Source: Clostridium sp. CAG:594
GTDB lineage: Bacteria > Bacillota_I > Bacilli_A > RF39 > UBA660
Reading direction: 5' to 3'
DNA length: 11,073 nucleotides
Assembly (NCBI GenBank): GCA_000434835.1
Contig: FR881490.1
Location: forward strand, 37,519 to 48,591
Shown: one piece after another, positions 6,762-11,073 of the stretch
How positions within the stretch are numbered: the stretch's first letter is position 1
Layout of the letters: the number at the start of each line of letters is the position of its first letter
Notes under the pieces: model-generated
What the model was told of the DNA's origin: nothing
Database searches by the model: none
Seen by the model: only the letters and a program-made list of their open reading frames with translations
Position numbers and translations under genes: made by a program

Positions 6762-6850
6762 CTATTTTGCTATCACTTGGCTTCACTTTGTTGCATTTTT
6801 CCCTTTAAATTCACACTTTTTTGCACTTGGTTACACTCGGCTTTTATAGC

Positions 6851-6874
6851 AGAAAGTATCTAAAAACGTATCTA
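6851..6874. repeat. Inverted repeat, left copy, containing two GTATCTA heptamers (6856-6862 and 6868-6874)
   Basis: agaaagtatctaaaaacgtatcta. Its reverse complement tagatacgtttttagatactttct matches 7961-7983 except for one T in the T-run. Confidence 0.85.
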
Positions 6875-6886
6875 ATTTTTAACTAA

Positions 6887-7371
6887 TTAAATTTGCAATA
6901 ATGTAAACATATTTGCAATGATATTCATAAAATCAAATATTGCTGATGTATATGATTTTATCACTACATCATATATAAGCCACATAAGCATTGTAAAAAT
7001 AATTAACAATTTAAATTTTCTTACATCTTTTATATTCATTAACCATATATATGAAACTGTACTAATTAGCGGTAACAATCCAATATATCCCAAATTATTA
7101 AATTTAAAAGTTAAAATTATTGCTAAAATTGTTATGATTATTTTTTCTTTTAATCCTAATTTGTTTTTATAACATAGTATATTTCTAATCATACTTGTGC
7201 ATTTATTATAGCTCCGGTTATACCACCTAAAATGATATTACTAACTACTGACATTCCTATTTGTACTGTCTGAAAATATAATATTTTTTTCTTTTGTTTT
7301 AGCATACCAGACTATAGCATTAATATTGAAGCAATGAGCGCAATTATATTCCCTATTATTATACTTACCAT
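6887..7371 (-). pseudogene. YgjV-family inner-membrane protein gene, disrupted by an in-frame TAG and a frameshift
   Basis: From the ATG at 7371 the frame reads MVSIIIGNIIALIASILML-TAG(7314-7312)-SGMLKQKKKILYFQTVQIGMSVVSNIILGGITGAIINAQV-TGA(7191-7189). It then overlaps (ATGA) the ORF-track ORF 6887-7192 (MIRNILCYKNKLG...LWLIYDVVIKSY...). Joined, the pieces give about 161 aa with the layout of a single YgjV-family protein. The family call comes from remembered sequence patterns. Confidence 0.5.
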
Positions 7372-7455
7372 TACTATCTCCTAATTTTATCAACTATTTT
7401 ACAACATTTATTATAAACTTCGGAATCTTCTCAATATCTACTTTTAATATCTTCA

Positions 7456-7533
7456 TCACTCAAATTTTACTTTTGAAATCTCTACCATTTTTCTAGCAAC
7501 TGCAATTGAATGTCTTAATCTATCTTCATCCAT
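7456..7533 (-). pseudogene. Truncated HD-domain phosphohydrolase-like gene stub (25 codons)
   Basis: The ATG at 7533 directly follows the cutA-like stop (TAAATG). The translation MDEDRLRHSIAVARKMVEISKVKFE then a stop resembles the N-terminus of small clostridial-type HD-domain proteins ('R..HS.gVA..m'). Continuation fragments (LSDEDIKSRY followed by a stop) appear only in another frame. Confidence 0.4.
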
Positions 7534-7851
7534 TTATTTTATTTCCTTATCTATCCAATTTAAATATTCTTCATTTATACTCGTAATATTATACACAGCA
7601 AATTCAAAACATTCATAGCTATGTTTACTCTTTATAACTTCATATATTTCTTTTAGATAGTTTTTCTTAGTTTTCATTTGAAGTAAATATTCTTTTTCTT
7701 CTTCTCTCTCATTATTCCAATTCCAGCTGCTTTCACTCTCAAGAATGTGACAACTAGCGACTAATTTTTTATCTAATAATTCTTTTGCGATACTTTTTAT
7801 TTCCTCATAATTATCATTTGCTGTTTCTAACATACAATATTCATTCATCAT
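7534..7851 (-). CDS. cutA: CutA1-family divalent-cation tolerance protein
   Basis: KLVASCHILESESSWNWNNEREEEKEYLLQMKTKKNYLKEIYEVIKSKHSYECFEFAVYNITSINEEYLNWIDKE matches the CutA pattern (LAACvni...S.Y.W.g.i.e..E..l..KT.......l...i...HpYe.Pei.a..i......YL.Wi..e). The ORF-track start at 7857 is a GTG inside the SD AAGGTGA. The ATG at 7851 or 7848 is more likely. Confidence 0.75.
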   Translation of the reverse strand: MMNEYCMLETANDNYEEIKSIAKELLDKKLVASCHILESESSWNWNNEREEEKEYLLQMKTKKNYLKEIYEVIKSKHSYECFEFAVYNITSINEEYLNWIDKEIK

Positions 7852-7960
7852 TATCACCTTTAATTATAATTAAATCATTTTTACCATTATCACTATGGCA
7901 ATGTTCCAAACCCCTAAAAAGCATTGAAAATACTATGTTTTTCTTATCCATTTTTGTTTC

Positions 7961-7983
7961 TAGATACGTTTTAGATACTTTCT
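7961..7983. repeat. Inverted repeat, right copy: TAGATAC-gttt-TAGATAC tandem heptamers, upstream of the cutA-like gene
   Basis: tagatacgttttagatactttct. A further inverted heptamer copy (aacGTATCTA) lies at 7999-8008 and a partial copy (aacgtat) at 7987-7993. Positions 7961-7970 and 7999-8008 form a perfect 10-bp inverted pair. Confidence 0.85.
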
Positions 7984-8033
7984 CGCAACGTATTTAGTAA
8001 CGTATCTAAATAATATTGCCTAATTTTATGTAT

Positions 8034-8059
8034 AAAAAAGCCTTTATTTCAAGGCTTTT
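8034..8059 (-). terminator. Intrinsic terminator of the live secA gene
   Basis: The minus strand reads AAAAGCCTT-gaaata-AAGGCTTTT then TTATA, starting 3 nt after the secA TAG stop. The stem is AT-rich with only 3 G-C pairs. Confidence 0.55.
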
Positions 8060-8061
8060 AA

Positions 8062-10557
8062 CTATTTACCACAACATTGTTTGTATTTTTTTCCTGAGCC
8101 ACATGGACACATGTCATTACGTCCTATTTTCTTACCCTTTTTAATAGTCTTTTTTACTCCTTGTTCTTTTGCTTCGTTAGTACTTCCCTTAACTTGCTTT
8201 GCTTGCAAATTTTGTCTTATTTCAGCTTTTAATAAATACAAAGTAGTATCTTTACAAATGTTATCTAACATTTTATCAAATAATTCAAATCCTTCTCTTA
8301 TATAAGCTTGAAGAGGATCCTCATTAGCATAACCCCTTAATGAAACGCCTTCTCTTAAATGGTCCATAGTATTAATATGTTCCATCCAGTAGTTATCAAT
8401 GACTTGTAAGCTTATAGCTTTTTCAAAGTCTTTTCTTATTTCATCAGGTAATTCTTTTATTTTTTCTTCATATTCTTTTAATACCTTGCTTTGTATAACA
8501 TCAATTATGTCATTTATTTCCTTATTTAATATTTCAGATAATTTTAAGTTAGAATTATTAAGTAAGTTTTCATTTACATATTCAACTATTTCATTACAAT
8601 CAGCTTCTAAAATTACACCATGTTCATTAGTGTGTCTTCTTACTAGTAATTCAATAAGCTCTTTCATTGTATTAATAACATAGTTGTGAACATCTTCATT
8701 GTCTAGTATTTCATTTCTTCTAGCATACATTATTTCACGATGTTTACCCATTACATCGTCATATTGTAATAAATGTTTACGTGCATCAAAGTTGTTTCCT
8801 TCAACTCTTTTTTGTGCTGTTTCAACTGATCTTGTAATAGTTTTACTACGCATGTTTCTTTCACTATCTAAACCAGCCATTTCTAAGATAGACTTAAATC
8901 TATCAGTACCAAATCTTACCATTAATTCATCTTCAAATGATACGAAAAATTGGCTATAACCTGGATCTCCTTGACGACCTGAACGTCCTCTTAACTGGTT
9001 ATCTATACGTCTTGACTCGTGTCTTTCAGTACCTATTACGCATAATCCGCCTAACTCTTTAACACCTTCTCCAAGCTTGATATCAGTACCACGTCCTGCC
9101 ATATTAGTTGCAATAGTAACAGAGCCCTTCTCACCTGCTTTTGCAATTATTTCTGCTTCTCTTGCATGGTTTTTAGCATTTAATATTTCATGCTTTATAT
9201 GAGCTTTCTTTAGCATACTACTTAATAATTCATTGGTTTCTATGGCAATTGTACCAACTAATACTGGTTGTCCTTTTTCGTGTCTTCTTTTAATTTCGGC
9301 GATTATTGCCTTATATTTTTCTTCTTTTGTTGAATAAATTAAATCAGCTGCATCAACTCTTATTACTGGTAAGTTAGTTGGAATTTCAATTACATACATA
9401 TTGTATATGTTTCTAAATTCTTCTTCCTCTGTTTTAGCAGTACCTGTCATACCAGATAACTTTTCATACATTCTAAAGTAATTTTGGAATGTAATGGTAG
9501 CAAGTGTCTTTGTTTCTTCTTCTATTTCTACGTTTTCTTTAGCTTCAATTGCTTGATGAAGCCCGTCAGAAAACGCTCTACCAGGCATAAGTCTTCCGGT
9601 AAATTGGTCAACAATTACAACCTTACCTTCTTGAACAACGTAATCAACATCATTATGCATTGTATAGTTTGCTTTTAATGCTTGATTAACGTGGTGAACT
9701 AATGCAGAATGCTCAATATCATAAAGGTTTGCTATTCTAAAGTATTTTTCACCTTTTTCCGTTCCTTGGTCTGTTAATGTTATATCTTTTGTTTTTTCAT
9801 CTATTGTATAATCTTCATTTTCTCTTAAAGTTTTAACAAATCTATCAGCATCCTTATAAAGATTAGCTGACTTCATAACACCACCAGATATTATAAGTGG
9901 AGTTCTAGCCTCATCAATTAATACAGAGTCAACCTCATCTATAATTGCAAAATGAAGTGGTCTTTGAACTCTATCCTCAGCGTTAACAACCATGTTATCT
10001 CTTAAGTAGTCAAAACCTAATTCGTTATTTGTTGAATATAAAATATCACAATTATAAGCTTCTTTTTTCTCCTTAGATGACATTTCTCTTAAGTTAACAG
10101 CTACTGTTAATCCTAAAAATCTATATATTTGACCCATCCACTCAGCATCACGAGTTGCTAAATATTCGTTAACCGTTACTACGTGAACACCTTTTTCAGT
10201 TAATGCATTTAAGTATGCTGGCATAACGCAAGTTAAAGTTTTACCTTCACCAGTTTTCATTTCTGCAATATTACCAAAATGAATTGCAAGGGCTCCTAAA
10301 ACCTGTACATAAAATGGCTTTTCCCCAATTACACGGTAAGCTGCTTCTCTAGCTACTGCAAAAGCATCTGGTAATATATCATCTACCGTTTCACCATCTT
10401 TTAATCTCTTTTTTAATTTATTAGTGCATCCTTGAAGTTGTTTATCAGTCATCTTTTTATATTTATCATCTAACTCAAATACTTCATCTGCAATTAGTTT
10501 AAACTTCTTTAATTCTTTATATTCATGATCAAAAATTTTCTTTAAAAATCCTAACAT
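8062..10557 (-). CDS. secA: Preprotein translocase ATPase SecA
   Basis: 831 aa. Motifs seen: Walker A MKTGEGKTL, DEAD-like IIDEVDSVLIDEARTPLIISG, TNMAGRGTDI, RLRGRSGRQGDPG, and the C-terminal SEC-C zinc motif CPCGSGKKYKQCCGK. Confidence 0.97.
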   Translation of the reverse strand: MLGFLKKIFDHEYKELKKFKLIADEVFELDDKYKKMTDKQLQGCTNKLKKRLKDGETVDDILPDAFAVAREAAYRVIGEKPFYVQVLGALAIHFGNIAEMKTGEGKTLTCVMPAYLNALTEKGVHVVTVNEYLATRDAEWMGQIYRFLGLTVAVNLREMSSKEKKEAYNCDILYSTNNELGFDYLRDNMVVNAEDRVQRPLHFAIIDEVDSVLIDEARTPLIISGGVMKSANLYKDADRFVKTLRENEDYTIDEKTKDITLTDQGTEKGEKYFRIANLYDIEHSALVHHVNQALKANYTMHNDVDYVVQEGKVVIVDQFTGRLMPGRAFSDGLHQAIEAKENVEIEEETKTLATITFQNYFRMYEKLSGMTGTAKTEEEEFRNIYNMYVIEIPTNLPVIRVDAADLIYSTKEEKYKAIIAEIKRRHEKGQPVLVGTIAIETNELLSSMLKKAHIKHEILNAKNHAREAEIIAKAGEKGSVTIATNMAGRGTDIKLGEGVKELGGLCVIGTERHESRRIDNQLRGRSGRQGDPGYSQFFVSFEDELMVRFGTDRFKSILEMAGLDSERNMRSKTITRSVETAQKRVEGNNFDARKHLLQYDDVMGKHREIMYARRNEILDNEDVHNYVINTMKELIELLVRRHTNEHGVILEADCNEIVEYVNENLLNNSNLKLSEILNKEINDIIDVIQSKVLKEYEEKIKELPDEIRKDFEKAISLQVIDNYWMEHINTMDHLREGVSLRGYANEDPLQAYIREGFELFDKMLDNICKDTTLYLLKAEIRQNLQAKQVKGSTNEAKEQGVKKTIKKGKKIGRNDMCPCGSGKKYKQCCGK
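8063..8079. repeat. 17-bp exact direct repeat, right copy, inside the secA 3' end
   Basis: tatttaccacaacattg, identical to 6715-6731. Confidence 0.85.
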
Positions 10558-10583
10558 ATATTCAAATCATCTCCTTAAAAAAT

Positions 10584-10592
10584 ATTGTAACA
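10584..10592 (-). promoter_or_regulatory. Candidate extended -10 element (TGtTACAAT) for secA
   Basis: The minus strand reads ttttttTGtTACAATattttttAAGGAG, in the hpf-secA spacer. Confidence 0.35.
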
Positions 10593-10643
10593 AAAAAAAG
10601 AAAATAATTAAAGATTTTTAACTATTTTCCTTTAAGTTTATTA

Positions 10644-11073
10644 TTAATTTGTTTCAATAATTCCGTAATTTCCATCTTTTCTTAGATATAGAACGCAAAT
10701 ATTATTAGTTTCAGCATTTTTAAATACAAAGAATGAATGTCCTAACATTTCCATTTGCATTATAGCTTCTTCTTCATCCATTGGTTTCATATCTACTTTC
10801 TTTCTTTTTAAAACCTTTGATTCATCTTCTTCAAACTTATCTTCTAAATCAATTTCAAAGTTTTGAATTACGTTTTTCTTGTTTTTAGAATTGATCTTCG
10901 TTTTATGTTTTCTTATTTGCCTTTCTAGCTTATCAACTGTTAAATCGATAGCTGCATACAAATCTGAATGTGCTTCTTCGCTTCTTAAAGTATAATGCAT
11001 AGCTGGTACTGTTATCTCAATTTTTTGTTCTTTTCCGCGAACCTTAATTACCACACTTGCAGTTATGTTATCA
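10644..11073 (-). CDS. hpf: Ribosome hibernation-promoting factor, long form (5' end lies beyond the window end)
   Basis: LRSEEAHSDLYAAIDLTVDKLERQIRKHKTK is the conserved end of the S30AE/HPF N-domain. A Lys/Glu-rich linker follows, then the C-terminal dimerisation domain (KPMDEEEAIMQMEMLGHSFFVFKNAETNNICVLYLRKDGNYGIIE). The frame stays open to the window edge (DNITASVVIKVRG...), so the ORF-track start codon is internal. Confidence 0.9.
   Translation of the reverse strand, partial: DNITASVVIKVRGKEQKIEITVPAMHYTLRSEEAHSDLYAAIDLTVDKLERQIRKHKTKINSKNKKNVIQNFEIDLEDKFEEDESKVLKRKKVDMKPMDEEEAIMQMEMLGHSFFVFKNAETNNICVLYLRKDGNYGIIETN

Noticed and set aside
6698-6808. A 36-codon plus-strand ORF (MRICEFIYHNIAYIFYHCYMDTILLSLGFTLLHFSL) across the SEC-C remnant
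   Set aside because: It has no SD, starts inside a terminator hairpin, and is the antisense of a recognisable (decayed) coding remnant, so it is most likely fortuitous.
6774-6838. Imperfect direct repeats cacttggcttcact (6774-6787) and cacttggttacact (6825-6838), plus ttcac..tt.ttgca units between them
   Set aside because: They match 12 of 14 positions and lie inside the decayed Lys-rich frame upstream of the SEC-C remnant. There, repeated AAG/AAA/GTG codons would generate such periodicity. The evidence is not strong enough to call them binding sites.
6918-7172. Plus-strand ORF 6918-7172 (84 aa)
   Set aside because: It lies antisense to the C-terminal half of the YgjV-like gene. The minus-strand frame has the coherent TM-helix pattern.
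7189-7192. The ATGA stop/start overlap between the two YgjV-like pieces, read as genuine translational coupling of two small membrane proteins
   Set aside because: The two pieces together reconstitute the length and order of one YgjV-family protein, and the upstream piece also carries an in-frame TAG. A pseudogene or sequencing error is the simpler explanation. It is kept as a low-interest finding.
7896-7910. A sigma-54-like string on the minus strand (TGGAACATTGCC) upstream of the cutA-like gene
   Set aside because: The GG-to-GC spacing is about 8 nt rather than the roughly 12 nt of the TGGCAC-N5-TTGC consensus, so it is not a -24/-12 promoter.
7785-7997. Plus-strand ORF 7785-7997 (70 aa)
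   Set aside because: It overlaps the cutA-like 5' end in antisense and runs through the heptamer repeat cluster. It has no SD, and the region is better explained as the cutA promoter/operator.
8081-9678. Plus-strand ORFs 8081-8305, 8399-8683, 8699-8959 and 9484-9678
   Set aside because: All lie antisense within secA, which is unambiguous, so they are shadow ORFs.
1-11073. A search for CRISPR arrays, tRNA/rRNA genes, transposase or integrase genes, and toxin-antitoxin pairs
   Set aside because: I saw no regularly spaced repeats, no cloverleaf-compatible GC-rich segments, no DDE, tyrosine- or serine-recombinase motifs in any frame, and no adjacent small ORF pairs with TA-like features.

Overview
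The window is AT-rich (roughly 27-28% G+C by eye) and looks like a low-GC Firmicutes/Bacillota-type chromosome. It uses the standard genetic code: RF2 is present and TGA acts as a stop. Every convincing gene is on the minus strand. Read in the minus-strand direction (right to left), the housekeeping backbone is hpf (5' end cut by the window), secA, prfB with its programmed +1 frameshift, a YitT-family membrane protein, ftsE, ftsX, and a secreted coiled-coil PcsB/CwlO/EnvC-like protein (3' end cut by the window). In Bacillus-type genomes secA and prfB are adjacent. Here about 3.7 kb of accessory DNA in two blocks separates them. Block 1 (about 6732-8061) holds an intact cutA-like gene, a 25-codon HD-domain gene stub, and a YgjV-family membrane gene broken by an in-frame TAG and a frameshift. 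It is bracketed by 23/24-nt inverted repeats built from TAGATAC heptamers. On its far side lies an orphan, diverged copy of the SecA C-terminal SEC-C zinc motif with its own terminator, which looks like a fossil secA 3' end. Block 2 (about 4400-6680) is the best candidate for something undescribed. It pairs a short HTH-WYL regulator with a 424-aa protein. That protein joins an unrecognisable Cys-containing N-terminal domain of about 145 aa to what looks, at motif level only, like a tandem SIS (GlmS/AgaS/PGI-PMI-like) phosphosugar-binding fold. A perfect 14-bp-stem palindrome between the two genes contains the downstream gene's Shine-Dalgarno sequence. I saw no tRNA, rRNA, CRISPR array, transposase or integrase. 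All functional calls rest on motif recognition by eye, since no database search was possible.
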